Of a DNA stretch of 57,459 bases, positions 28,167 to 37,934 are shown in pieces (positions within the stretch are counted from its first letter, which is position 1; the number at the start of each line of letters is the position of its first letter). The DNA comes from Rubrobacter sp. GTDB lineage: Bacteria > Actinomycetota > Rubrobacteria > Rubrobacterales > Rubrobacteraceae. The notes under the pieces were generated by a model, which made no database searches, had not been told where the DNA came from, and worked only from the letters and a program-made list of their open reading frames with translations. The position numbers and the translations under genes were made by a program. Location of the stretch: positions 1 through 57,459 of the forward strand of contig DASUYY010000238.1 in the NCBI GenBank assembly GCA_036377135.1, given 5' to 3'.

Positions 28167-28404
28167 ACCTCCCTTCTCGTAACGAGCCTTATTTTAACCG
28201 CAAACCTGATTGTTTAGGTGGATCGGGACTAATCCGATATGCGTGGTCGGTCGTATAAATCTTTGTATGAAAGGGTCAGTATCGGGAAGAGCAATGGGTC
28301 TCGTGCCGGATAACGGGCGCGCCGGGCGTGGGCGGGATATCATCTACCCTGCGGGGCGTGAGACCGGAGGGTCCGTTTTCGCCGGCGGCTTGGGAAGGCT
28401 CTGG

Positions 28405-28962
28405 ATGGACCGTGTGGCAGACGAGGTTCTGGTACGAAGGGTGGCCTCGGGGGACGAGCGCGCCCTCTCGGGGCTCTACGACCGCTACGCTGGGCTGGTT
28501 TACGGAACAGGTATGCGCTACCTGGGGGACAGGGGGACTGCTGAGGAGCTAGTCCAGGACGTCTTCACCTCCGTGTGGAGGAACGCGGCTGGCTTCGACC
28601 CTGGGCGGGCTAGCTTCGCCACGTGGGTGTACCGGATAACCCGCAACAGGGCGACGGACCTGATCCGTCGCCGCAAGGCGCGCGTCAGGACCATCGACAG
28701 CGAGCCGCTCTTCGAGCCAGGGGAGACGGACCCGTCGGGGGAGCTCTCGCGCAACTTCGACGTAGCCGCCGCGCTTTCTCGGCTCTCCGCGGTCCACAGG
28801 GAGGTGCTCGTCCTCGCGTACTTCCACGGCTTGTCGCAGCGTGAGATCTCCGAACGCACGGGCACGCCGCTGGGTACTGTCAAGAGCCGCACAACGGCGG
28901 CGCTGCGCTCTCTGCGCGAGACGATGAGCTTCGACGAGAACAGGTGGTCCGTCGATGAGTGA
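28405..28962 (+). CDS. ECF sigma factor (SigK-like)
   Basis: AEELVQDVF..VW, FATWVYRITRNRATD, AYFHGLSQREIS..TGTPLGTVKSR. Start position uncertain. Confidence 0.9.
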   Translation: MDRVADEVLVRRVASGDERALSGLYDRYAGLVYGTGMRYLGDRGTAEELVQDVFTSVWRNAAGFDPGRASFATWVYRITRNRATDLIRRRKARVRTIDSEPLFEPGETDPSGELSRNFDVAAALSRLSAVHREVLVLAYFHGLSQREISERTGTPLGTVKSRTTAALRSLRETMSFDENRWSVDE

Positions 28963-29626
28963 GCACCCGGAGACGCGGAACCTCCTCGGCCCTTACGTGA
29001 TGGGCGCCCTCGAACCGCGGGAGGAGCGAGAGGTCGAGGACCACCTGGAAGGGTGCGCGAACTGCAGGGAGGAGGCACGGGACCTCAGGCTCGCCCACGA
29101 ACACCTCGCTGACCTCGCGTACATCACCGAGGTGCCGCCGCCGGATCTCAAGGGCCGCGTCGTGGCCGGGATACCGCGGCGAGGAGCGCGTCAGCGGGTC
29201 CCTTCGTGGGTGGCGGCCGTCGCAGCGGCAGTCTGCGTGCTCGCTTTGCTCGGGGCGCTCCTCACCCCGGATCTCTTCGGGGGAGGTGCCCTCGCCGCCG
29301 CAACCCTTGACCCCACCGACCGTGCACCCAACGCTGGCGGCAAGGTCAGCATCCAGGGTGGTGGCGAGAACATGGAGGTTCGGCTCGAAGCGTGGGGACT
29401 GCCCCCGTGCAAGGACGAACAGTACTACGAGCTCTGGCTCGTCGAGGGCAAAGAGCGCGTCAGCGCCGGGAGCTTCACGGTCGGACAGAGCGGCCAGGTC
29501 GACGTGAGCATGAACGCCCCGAACTTCGCCGGTTCCTATACGCAGGTGGGTATAACCGCAGAGGACGACAAAGACCCACGCGCCAGCGACACGAAGATGC
29601 TCTCAGGCGAACTGCACGAAGTCTGA
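28955..29626 (+). CDS. Zinc-binding anti-sigma factor, RskA-like
   Basis: HLEGCANC (HxxxCxxC), one TM segment, YELWL...SAGSF...ITAE extracytoplasmic domain; overlaps the sigma gene. Confidence 0.9.
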   Translation: MSEHPETRNLLGPYVMGALEPREEREVEDHLEGCANCREEARDLRLAHEHLADLAYITEVPPPDLKGRVVAGIPRRGARQRVPSWVAAVAAAVCVLALLGALLTPDLFGGGALAAATLDPTDRAPNAGGKVSIQGGGENMEVRLEAWGLPPCKDEQYYELWLVEGKERVSAGSFTVGQSGQVDVSMNAPNFAGSYTQVGITAEDDKDPRASDTKMLSGELHEV

Positions 29627-29645
29627 GAGCGAAGGCCGCCAGATG

Positions 29646-29870
29646 TCAGCCCATGCTCTTGCGCATGGAGTAGCCCGGCCTCTCATAACCTCTGCCCTCG
29701 TAGAAGCGTAGCGCTCCTTCTCTCTCACTACCGCCAGCGAAGTAGCGGCATCCCTCGCGATGGCGAGGTCCTCCTCTACGACGAGATCGTAGACGTGGCG
29801 TTCGTAGTAGCGGTTGATGAGAATCTGCAGCCCGAGCACGGCGGCTATCTCGCCAGAAGGCTCATTCTTC
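29646..29870 (-). pseudogene. GNAT acetyltransferase remnant
   Basis: Two frames give ...YYERHVYDLVVEE... and REGCRYF...ALRFYEGRGYERPGYSMRK*; no start codon. Confidence 0.55.
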
Positions 29871-29898
29871 CCAGGGAAATCCCGTTAGCCTGCACTAA

Positions 29899-31353
29899 CC
29901 CGAATTATTCATGAACGATTCCGAAAGCTCCCGAAAGGGAGTGCCACAAATCTTGGCCCGGATGCCCCCAGGCCAGATGTAGTCGGATCTTCGTCAACAG
30001 TTGCCTGACCCTACCTCCGATCTTGATCAGAGAAAGACGCAAGCTGTCCAGTTGCATCCGACGAGAGCCACCCTCTATGAGCTTCCTCCTCAAGGCGTCC
30101 ATCAGCCAGTAGGCGCAAGCGTGCAAAAGCAAGCGAAACTGGTTGGCCACGAACCGATGGCAACTCAAGCGGTCGGCCCTCATGTGTAGCTTGAAGTCCT
30201 TGATCCAGTTCTCGCTCTGCCCGCGCCTAGCGTAGAACTCGTAGAGTTCCTCGGGGGCGTCGCGCCTGGTGCTCACCACGAAACGCCTGTTGGTCCCCTG
30301 CTGCATGGCTTCGGCCTTGTAGACGACCCTGCGCTCCTTCTCCCAGCTCGCCGCCGCGTAGTGCTCCTCCCCGAAGAGCCTAACTTTCTTGTCCGTCCTC
30401 TCGTGCTCTTGGGTGGCCTCTTCCAGGAGATCGCCGGCCATCCGTTTGAGGCGCTCGTTGGTGATGAGAGCTATGGTGTAGCTTATGCCCTCGCGCTCGC
30501 AGTAGTCGTAGAGGGCGGGAACGGCGAAGCCCGCGTCGGCCCTTATCTCTATGGCCACCCCAGGCCATCTGTGCCTCAAGCTACCCACGATGCGCTTCAA
30601 TAGGGCCACGCAGGAGTGGGAGGCGTGGGTATTACCGGCCCTGAGGAGCGCGGTTACGAGGTGCCCGCTCTCCCCGTCGAAAACGAGCAAAGGATGGTAC
30701 ATATGCTGCCCGTAGTAGCCGTGGTAGTAGGAGCCCTCCTGCTCCCCGTGGGTGGGGTCGTCCGTCGCGTCGAAGTCCAGGAGCACCCTCTCCCAAGGAG
30801 CACCCTCTCCGGAGCAGCGCCGTCCTTCTCTCTTTGTGTAAGGTAGAGGTCGAAGAGGATGTGGGCTATTCGGTGACAGGAGCCGATCGTGGCCGCGTTC
30901 TCCATCCGGGAGATGGTCGGCTGGCTTGCCAGGTTCGCCCCGCTCTCGGGCAGAGATCCGCACACCATCTTGAGCAGAGGATCTTCCCGAAGCGTGTCCG
31001 AGTCGTTCTGGTCATCGTAGCCGCACGCTATCTGGAAGACGCGCTGGCGGATCAGCGAGACGAGGGAGTGACGCCCTTTTCTGTTTCGCCACTCCTCAAC
31101 ATGCTCGGAGATGGCCTCACACAGCCCCAACTCCTCGTCCATCTCGGCCAGCCACACAAGCCCACCATCGGAGGTGATGCGGCCTCCGTCGAAGGTGGCT
31201 TCCACAGCGAGGGAGCCGTGGGTCTCAAAACGCATCCTACCTGTGGCACAATCTTGCATTAGGGAGCCTCCTTTGGCTAGGGTTGAGTCTTGGACAACCC
31301 GACCATAGCGGAGAAGGCTCCCTTCCTTCAACTACCTTCGTGAATAATCCGGG
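29899..31353 (-). mobile_element. IS1380-family insertion sequence (1455 bp)
   Basis: 17-bp IRs CCCGAATTATTCATGAA (29899) and TTCGTGAATAATCCGGG (ends 31353), 15/17 matching; CTAA duplicated at 29895-29898 and 31354-31357. Confidence 0.95.
29905..31259 (-). pseudogene. IS1380 DDE transposase, frameshifted
   Basis: FDGGRITSDGG, SQPTISR, LDFDATDD, RADAGF, Y..RG.SEN.IK motifs. The frame is broken by a 17-bp insertion at the AGGAGCACCCTCTCC duplication (30779-30810). Confidence 0.92.
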
Positions 31354-31423
31354 CTAACGATACCGGCTTGCCGGCGAAACCCTATAATCAGTTCGACCGG
31401 CGCTGCGGAAGAAAGGTCAGGAA

Positions 31424-31663
31424 ATGGCGAAGCCGATCATATTCACCACCTCGACGTGTTCGTGGTGTCGCAGGGCGAAGCGTTTCTTCAAGGAGCGCGG
31501 AGTCCCTTTCAAGGAGATCAATATAGAACGCGACCAGGATGCAGCGCGGGACATCATGCGCAAGACCGGCCAGAGGGGCGTGCCTGTCATAAAGATCGGG
31601 AACGCATGGATCGTCGGCTTCGACAAGAACCGCGTAGAGAAGGAACTGAACCGCAGCGCCTAG
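31424..31663 (+). CDS. Glutaredoxin-like (NrdH/YruB type) protein
   Basis: CSWC active site; GVPV and IVGFD motifs. Confidence 0.92.
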   Translation: MAKPIIFTTSTCSWCRRAKRFFKERGVPFKEINIERDQDAARDIMRKTGQRGVPVIKIGNAWIVGFDKNRVEKELNRSA

Positions 31664-33210
31664 CGTACCGGGGCCTCGTCCGGAAGCAAGGGGAGGATGA
31701 GGGACATGCGGGTTCCCTCTCCTGGCTGGCTCTCGGCTTCGATCCGTCCGCCGTGGGCTTCGACTATGGTCTGCGCTATGGAGAGGCCCAGGCCGCTGCC
31801 AGCCTCTTCGACGCCGGCCAGCCGGTAGAAGCGCTCGAAGACGTGCGGCAGTTCCACCTCGGGTATGCCTGGACCTTGATCCCCGACCTCGACACGCAGC
31901 TCCCCGCCGGAGGAGACGGACCTCAGGGTTACGCGCTGTCCATCCGGACCGTACTTCACGGCGTTGTCCACGAGGGCGAGTATCGCCTGCTCGACCCGCA
32001 CAGGGTCCACCCTGACGAGACCGCTCGCCGAGAACGCGATATCGACCGTCGCATCGTGCTCGGCGGCCAGCGCCTCGGCGCGTCGCGCGAGGCCTCTCAG
32101 CAGGACCTTCGCCTCGACGGGCTCCATCCGGAAAGGTGGCGCGGCCGATTCCGAGCGGGCCAGGAAGAGCAGGTCCTCGACCATCCTCGTCATCGTCGAT
32201 GACGCAGTAACTATCTCCCTGAGGATCTCCTCGTGTTCGCAGTCCTGGTCAAGATCCAACCCCACCTCAGCGTTGCCCCTGATGACGGTGAGCGGCGTCC
32301 TTAGCTCGTGGGAGACTTCGGCGAGGAACTCGGCCCTGGCGCGGGCGGCCTCCGCCAGCAACTCCTCCGCGCGCTTGCGCTCGCTGACGTCGCGCGAGGC
32401 CGTCTGGAGGCGGACGACTTCGCCATTTTCGTCGAGTATCGGCTCCGTGAGGGTCTCGAACCAGGTGTATTCTCCTGACGCTTTGCGGATACGGTATGTG
32501 ACCGAGACGGCGCCCTGTCCGTCGAGCGCCTTCTCGTGGGCTTCGGAGCGGATGCGCTTCAGGTCTTCGGGATGGAAGAGATCGTAGGGGTCCGTGCCGA
32601 GCAGCTCTTCAGGCTCGTAGCCGAGAAGACGCCTGCACGATGGGCTGATGTAGAGGTAACGTCCGTCCGGCTCGTGCAGGCAGACGAGGTCGCTGGTCTT
32701 CTCGGCGAGCAGGCGGAAACGGGCCTCGCTCTCGCGCAGCGCCTCCTCGGCCAGCTTGCGCTCGGTGATGTCCCGTACGATGCCTTCGATGGCTATGACG
32801 TTCCCTGCCTCATCGTAGATGGGTCTGTTGCGCTGCTCGGTCCAGATCATGCCGCCGTCCTTGCGATACCAGCGCAGCACGAGCGGCTCCTCGGGGGCGC
32901 GCATGGAGGTCTCCATCATGTGCCTGTCTTCCGGATGGACCCGCTTGATGCCGAGATCCGGGTCGGCGTAGTGCTCCTCCGGGGTGTAGCCGGTTATGGC
33001 CGTGGACGAGGGGCTGACGTACTCGAAGCCCGGCTTCGGTCGGAAGCGATAACGGAAGACGAGATCCCGCACGTTATCCGCCTGAAGCCGGAAACGCTCG
33101 TCTTCCCGCCGCGACGGGCCCAGGCTCCTGAGGGCTCGAAACAACAGGCCGGCCAGCACACTCCCGGCGACGGCGCGCTCAAACCGGCGCAGTACGTTGG
33201 GAAGCCCCAT
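31660..33210 (-). CDS. Two-PAS-domain sensor histidine kinase
   Basis: Two PAS/PAC units (YVSPS...HPED...RDIT; YISPS...HPED...RDVS); SHELRTP H box; HATPase boxes. GGAGG before ATG 33210. Confidence 0.92.
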   Translation of the reverse strand: MGLPNVLRRFERAVAGSVLAGLLFRALRSLGPSRREDERFRLQADNVRDLVFRYRFRPKPGFEYVSPSSTAITGYTPEEHYADPDLGIKRVHPEDRHMMETSMRAPEEPLVLRWYRKDGGMIWTEQRNRPIYDEAGNVIAIEGIVRDITERKLAEEALRESEARFRLLAEKTSDLVCLHEPDGRYLYISPSCRRLLGYEPEELLGTDPYDLFHPEDLKRIRSEAHEKALDGQGAVSVTYRIRKASGEYTWFETLTEPILDENGEVVRLQTASRDVSERKRAEELLAEAARARAEFLAEVSHELRTPLTVIRGNAEVGLDLDQDCEHEEILREIVTASSTMTRMVEDLLFLARSESAAPPFRMEPVEAKVLLRGLARRAEALAAEHDATVDIAFSASGLVRVDPVRVEQAILALVDNAVKYGPDGQRVTLRSVSSGGELRVEVGDQGPGIPEVELPHVFERFYRLAGVEEAGSGLGLSIAQTIVEAHGGRIEAESQPGEGTRMSLILPLLPDEAPVR

Positions 33211-33290
33211 GGGACGGCCCTCCGAAAGACACTTGACTCGCTCGTATCGAGATAGATTATACTTGTGATCGGGAAAGAAAGGGTGGAGGG

Positions 33291-33971
33291 ATGCTGATCC
33301 TGATCGTCGAGGACGAGGCCGCGATCGCTCGCTTCCTGCAGCGCGGACTGAGTGCCCATGGCCACAGCGTACTCTGTGCATACGACGGGGAAGAGGGTAC
33401 GCGACTGGCTGTGGACGAGCCTGTGGACATGGTTCTCCTCGACATCTCGCTGCCGAGGCTGGACGGTCGCGAGGTGCTCAGGCGTATCCGTCTGCGGCGT
33501 CCCAACCTCCCGGTACTGATGTTGACGGCCCGCGAGGACATCCGGAACAAAGTGGGCGCCCTTGACGCCGGGGCTGACGACTACCTGACCAAGCCTTTCG
33601 TATTCGAGGAACTACTGGCACGCGTGCGCGCGCTGACCCGCCGCTCCGGCCAGTCCGAGTCGACGCAGATAAGGCTCGACGGCCTCAAGATAGACCTCCT
33701 CTCGCGTCACGCCTGGCGCGGGAACGAGAAGATAGAGCTCTCCAGCAGGGAATTCGCGCTGCTCGAGTACTTCATGCGCCACGCCGGGCAGGTGCTCTCG
33801 AGACAGCAGATCCTCTCAGCCATATGGGACTACGACTTCGAGCCCGCCTCCAACGTCGTCGACGTGTACGTGCGCCACCTTCGCAACAAAGTAGACCCTC
33901 CGGAAGGGCCCTCGCTGATCCAGACCGTCCGCGGCGCCGGTTACCGTTTCAACCCAGCGCGCAACGTTTAG
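33291..33971 (+). CDS. OmpR/PhoB family response regulator
   Basis: Receiver plus winged-helix domain (IQTVRGAGY); divergent from the PAS kinase. Confidence 0.95.
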   Translation: MLILIVEDEAAIARFLQRGLSAHGHSVLCAYDGEEGTRLAVDEPVDMVLLDISLPRLDGREVLRRIRLRRPNLPVLMLTAREDIRNKVGALDAGADDYLTKPFVFEELLARVRALTRRSGQSESTQIRLDGLKIDLLSRHAWRGNEKIELSSREFALLEYFMRHAGQVLSRQQILSAIWDYDFEPASNVVDVYVRHLRNKVDPPEGPSLIQTVRGAGYRFNPARNV

Positions 33972-33994
33972 CCATACGGCGAAAAAAGCTTCAA

Positions 33995-34049
33995 GATGAA
34001 AGAAATTTCATCGCCGATTCATCGTGGATTCACCCACTGCGCATACAAT
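33995..34049 (+). promoter_or_regulatory. Triple 11-bp-period direct repeat plus -10
   Basis: TTCATC (34007), TTCATC (34018), TTCACC (34029), then N9 and TACAAT; inverted GATGAA at 33995. Confidence 0.65.
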
Positions 34050-34417
34050 TTCCGCCATGTGGACTGCGGGCGGTGATCCAATTCCGAACATCGTGTTAGC
34101 GCTGTCTGTGGTCGACAATCGCAGGGTCCGGGCGCGGGTGACTCCTCCTTTCCCTACTTTTTCCCATCGCAATTTCGCCCCCCCGGGCTCCTACTCGCAA
34201 GCCGCGCGGATCGGTTGAGCCATCCCTCGAAGTAGGCGTGTGACGAACAAGGTCATGAGGGGCGTATGATCACCGCCGCGAGATAACTCCGCCCGGCCAA
34301 CCTCGCCAATATTGTGTTGCCATTATGTTGACCGCAATTCTGCGCTACGTTCCATTGATCACATACCTGTAATATTTCCGTAACGAGGACCGCTCTTGCG
34401 CAGAGGTTACGTACCTC

Positions 34418-34450
34418 CCCGATGTATTTTTCGTCCTTCTCGCCGCATAT
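34418..34450 (+). promoter_or_regulatory. Putative alternative-sigma promoter, copy 2 (GTATT-N17-CATAT)
   Basis: CCCGATGTATTTTTCG...CGCCGCATAT; matches 3747-3780. Confidence 0.5.
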
Positions 34451-34482
34451 AAGTGTTGTAGGCCATCCCAGACAACGGGATG

Positions 34483-34577
34483 CCTTCCTGGAAAAAGGCA
34501 AACCCGCTGCGAGGCGGGGGCGCAAAGCTACGGGTCTCCCTTGAAGGGGAGATGGCCGGACTGCCGAAAGGAGAGGG
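34483..34577 (+). ncRNA. c-di-GMP-I (GEMM-I) riboswitch, copy 2
   Basis: GGAAAAAGGCAAACCCGCT-GCGA-GGCGGGGGCGCAAAGCTACGGGTCTCC...GGAGATGGCCGGACTGCCG. Stem changes relative to copy 1 preserve pairing. Confidence 0.9.
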
Positions 34578-34650
34578 TTAAACGCGGATCACTTCCTCAC
34601 TAATCTTGCCAGGTGCTGTGAACTGCGGTGGGCTCAGGAGAAAGCAGCTG

Positions 34651-34851
34651 TTGAACCAAGAGACGAATCAGATCAGAAAGTTAAGAGACCCCGATCTTAG
34701 CAGACTTAGGGACTTGCCCCGGGCGGAGGCGATACGCATAGCCATGATCAAACACCTGTGGGACGCGGATACCGCTGGCCGGAAGGTGGATATCGAGCAA
34801 GGCCGCTACGCAGAGGAGGTGGCAGGCCGGGAGAATCATGGGGGTGCCTAG
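34651..34851 (+). CDS. Small hypothetical protein downstream of the riboswitch
   Basis: AGGAG 10 nt before TTG 34651; about 66 aa, charged. Start uncertain because the frame is open from 34582. Confidence 0.4.
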   Translation: MNQETNQIRKLRDPDLSRLRDLPRAEAIRIAMIKHLWDADTAGRKVDIEQGRYAEEVAGRENHGGA

Positions 34852-34926
34852 GGCCACTGTCGTGGCAGATGCTCACCCTTCCAAGACGCTATAGCTATCC
34901 TCCGTTCCATACGTATACTCCTCAAT

Positions 34927-37032
34927 ATGAGGCTCATCGTCGCCGAAAAGCCGTCCGTAGGGCGGGACATAGCGAGCGCCCTGGGGAGACATCGAAGGGA
35001 GAGAGGCGCTCTGGTCGGCGACGGCTGGACCGTGACGTGGGCGCTCGGGCACCTGGCCGAGCTTGCGCCGCCGGACGCTTACGGCGAGGAATACAAGAAG
35101 TGGCGCATGGAGAGCCTGCCGATCCTGCCCGAGCGCTTCAAGGTCAGGGTGAACTACAAGACCCGCGAGCAGTTCGCTGTGGTGAAGACCCTGATGAAGG
35201 ATCCGTCCGTGACGGAGGTGGTGAACGCCTGCGACGCCGGTCGGGAGGGGGAGCTCATCTTCGCCCACCTCTATGGGCTTTCGGGCTGCAAGAAGCCCGT
35301 GTTACGGCTCTGGATCTCCTCCCTCACCCACGAGGCGATCCGTGATGGTTTCGACTCCCTGCGCGAGGGCCGTACGATGAAGCCTTTGGAGGATGCTGCA
35401 AGGAGCCGGGGAGAGGCTGACTGGATCGTTGGCATGAACGCCACCCGCGCCTACTCGGTCCGCTTCGGAGGCCGCGGCAATGTGCTCTCGGTGGGCCGCG
35501 TCCAGACCCCGACCCTGAAGCTCCTCGTTGACCGCGAGAAGGAGATACAGGACTTCAAGCCCGAGAAGTTCTGGACCGTCCACGCCCGCTTCTCCCGTGA
35601 AGGGAGTACATACGACGGTGTCTGGTTCAAGAACAAGCAGAACCGCCTGCCTGAGAAGGAGACCGCGAACCAGATAGCGGAGAAGGTGCGTGGCGGGACA
35701 GGGACCGTCCGCAAGGCGCAGAAGAAGACGGCCACGGAGAAGCCGCCGCTCCTCTACGACCTGACCGAGCTCCAGCGCAACGCCAACGCCCGCTACGGTT
35801 TCACCGCCGAGCGCACGTTGCGGGCCGCCCAGTCGCTCTACGAGGAGAGGAAGCTCATCACCTACCCGCGCACCTCGAGCCGCTATCTCTCGAAGGACAT
35901 GGTAGGCGGGCTCAAGAAGCGGGTCGAGGCCGCGGGGGCGCTCCCTGACCTCTCACCGTTCGCGGAGAAACTGCTCGCAGCTACGAAGCTTCCGGTCAGC
36001 AAGCGCATCGTTGACGACTCGAAGGTTACGGATCACCACGCCATCGTCCCGACGAACAAGAGATCGTCGGGCAACCTGCCGCCGGACGAGGCGAAGGTCT
36101 ACGACCTGGTGGCCCGTCGTTTCCTCGCCGTGTTCTTCCCCGCGGCCCGCTTCGAGAACACGACCGTCGTGACTGAGGTCCGAAAGGAGACGTTTCTTTC
36201 CCGTGGACGCGTCGTGCTGGAAGCGGGGTGGCGAGCACTTTATCCAGACGGGGTCGGAGGGCGGAAGGAGAAAGAGCCGCCCGTATTGCCGCCGATTGAG
36301 GTGGGGCAGGAGTGGGCCGTGGCGAAGGTCGGCGTCAAGGAAGGAGAGACCAAGCCACCCCCACGCTATTCGGAGTCGGCGTTGCTCGGTGCGATGGAGA
36401 CGGCGGGGAAGCTCGTCGAGGACGAGGAACTTCGGCAGCAGATGAAGGACTCGGGCCTGGGGACGCCCGCAACGCGGGCCGCCACCATAGAACGGCTCAT
36501 AAGAGTGGGCTACGTCGAGCGCGAGAAGAAGGCCCTCGTCCCGACGGAGAAAGGAAGGTCGCTCATCGGGCTCCTCGGGGAGAGCCCGCTCTCTTCCCCG
36601 GAGATGACGGCAAGGTGGGAGGAGCGGCTCGCGAAGATGGAGAAGGGCGTGGAGCGGCGTCCCGACTTCATGGCCGATATAAGCGGCTTCACCACGTCCC
36701 TCGTAGAGGCGGTTCGCGGGATGGAGGGGGAGAAGCTGGCGGCTCCCTCCCGCGAGATGCTAGGCTCGTGTCCCAAGTGCGGAGCGCCCGTCGTCGAGAC
36801 CAGGAAAGCCTACGGTTGCTCGGCGTGGAAGAAGACCGGCTGCGACTTTGCGATCTGGAAACAGGTCTCGGGCAAGCGCCTGAGCGAAGGCCAGGCCAGA
36901 CAACTCCTCGCGAAGGGCCGTACCGGGCAGATGAAGGGCTTCAAGAGCAAAGCAGGCAAACCGTACGCCGCCGCGCTCAAGCTCGACGGTGAGCACAGGG
37001 TGAGGCTGGAGTTCGAAAACGGGCGCAAGTAG
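34927..37032 (+). CDS. topB: DNA topoisomerase III (type IA)
   Basis: AEKPS, GHL, DAGREGELI, GRVQTPT, ITYPRT (catalytic Tyr), DHHAI, GLGTPATRA; C-terminal Cys motif and repeat. TATACT 7 nt upstream suggests a leaderless mRNA. Confidence 0.95.
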   Translation: MRLIVAEKPSVGRDIASALGRHRRERGALVGDGWTVTWALGHLAELAPPDAYGEEYKKWRMESLPILPERFKVRVNYKTREQFAVVKTLMKDPSVTEVVNACDAGREGELIFAHLYGLSGCKKPVLRLWISSLTHEAIRDGFDSLREGRTMKPLEDAARSRGEADWIVGMNATRAYSVRFGGRGNVLSVGRVQTPTLKLLVDREKEIQDFKPEKFWTVHARFSREGSTYDGVWFKNKQNRLPEKETANQIAEKVRGGTGTVRKAQKKTATEKPPLLYDLTELQRNANARYGFTAERTLRAAQSLYEERKLITYPRTSSRYLSKDMVGGLKKRVEAAGALPDLSPFAEKLLAATKLPVSKRIVDDSKVTDHHAIVPTNKRSSGNLPPDEAKVYDLVARRFLAVFFPAARFENTTVVTEVRKETFLSRGRVVLEAGWRALYPDGVGGRKEKEPPVLPPIEVGQEWAVAKVGVKEGETKPPPRYSESALLGAMETAGKLVEDEELRQQMKDSGLGTPATRAATIERLIRVGYVEREKKALVPTEKGRSLIGLLGESPLSSPEMTARWEERLAKMEKGVERRPDFMADISGFTTSLVEAVRGMEGEKLAAPSREMLGSCPKCGAPVVETRKAYGCSAWKKTGCDFAIWKQVSGKRLSEGQARQLLAKGRTGQMKGFKSKAGKPYAAALKLDGEHRVRLEFENGRK

Positions 37033-37356
37033 TAGACAGGCATTTCGCTAGCTTTCCGACGAACCCGTATGGCTAGCTAGATCGGGCTGGCTATAGATCA
37101 TCTGTATGCACGATATGTGTGCGGCAGGGTGTCCCTCGTTGCACGAACGTCGCACGTCTACACGAGCAAGTTGCTTCGCGGGCTGCCATCGTCGCGGCCC
37201 CGCTGCATCCGTGTCGGTCGGGTGCCACGGCAAGCCGATGTGATATTCCAGGTTAAGACACCCTAAACGTCCGCATCTCCGCCACGGTGGGAGAGGACCC
37301 GGAGCTACAGGTGGCAAATGCGCGCAGAGTTCTGGGAGGCTTGCGAAGTCTCTCAA

Positions 37357-37725
37357 GTGGATCTCCAACGCGCCATGGCGCAACGCGAATACCAGTGCCT
37401 GGAGCTGGGAGTGCAGCCCTAGCTTCGAGAGTATGCTGGCCATGTGATTGCGCTCCGTGCGGAGGCTTATGTGCAACCGCTCTGCGAGCCCCTAGCTATC
37501 GAGGCCGTCGGCGAGCAGCTGCAACACCTCCATCTCTCGGGGGCTGAGGCTCACTATGGCTTGCTGCACCTCGTGCTCCTCCTCCCTCCTTGAGCCCGCA
37601 AAGCGCAGCATCTCAACTACCTCCTCCAGAGGTATCAGCGTCTCGCCCGCCCTCAGGCGCCGCACGCTCTCTACCACCTCGTCCAGGTGGGCCGTCTTGT
37701 TCAGGACCCCTGCTGCTCCCGCGAG
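37357..37725 (-). pseudogene. NarL/LuxR response regulator fragment
   Basis: AGAAGVLNK...LSPREMEVLQLLADGLDS*GLAERLHISLRTERNHMASILSKLG; in-frame TAG at 37492-37494; N-terminus missing. Confidence 0.85.
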
Positions 37726-37934
37726 CTATCTCGGCGGTGACGTTCGAGACAGACAACGCCGCGAACCCCGACAGCGAAAGAGGGCGCGAGGGTCGTGACC
37801 TCCGCCTATACTTCCGTGGACCACTGCAACCAGAGTGCTTCTTCGAGACCTTTCGCTATCCCTGATAAGGGAGTTTCACCTCGTGTCAAAGCGATAACTG
37901 TTTCTTCGAAGTTGTGCGCTACACTCTCGCGGGT

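Noticed and set aside
30779-30810. Programmed frameshift in the transposase
   Set aside because: No slippery motif is evident; a tandem duplication fully explains the break.
34483-37032. Direct riboswitch control of topB
   Set aside because: topB is 350 bp away and has its own -10 at leaderless spacing; only read-through remains possible.
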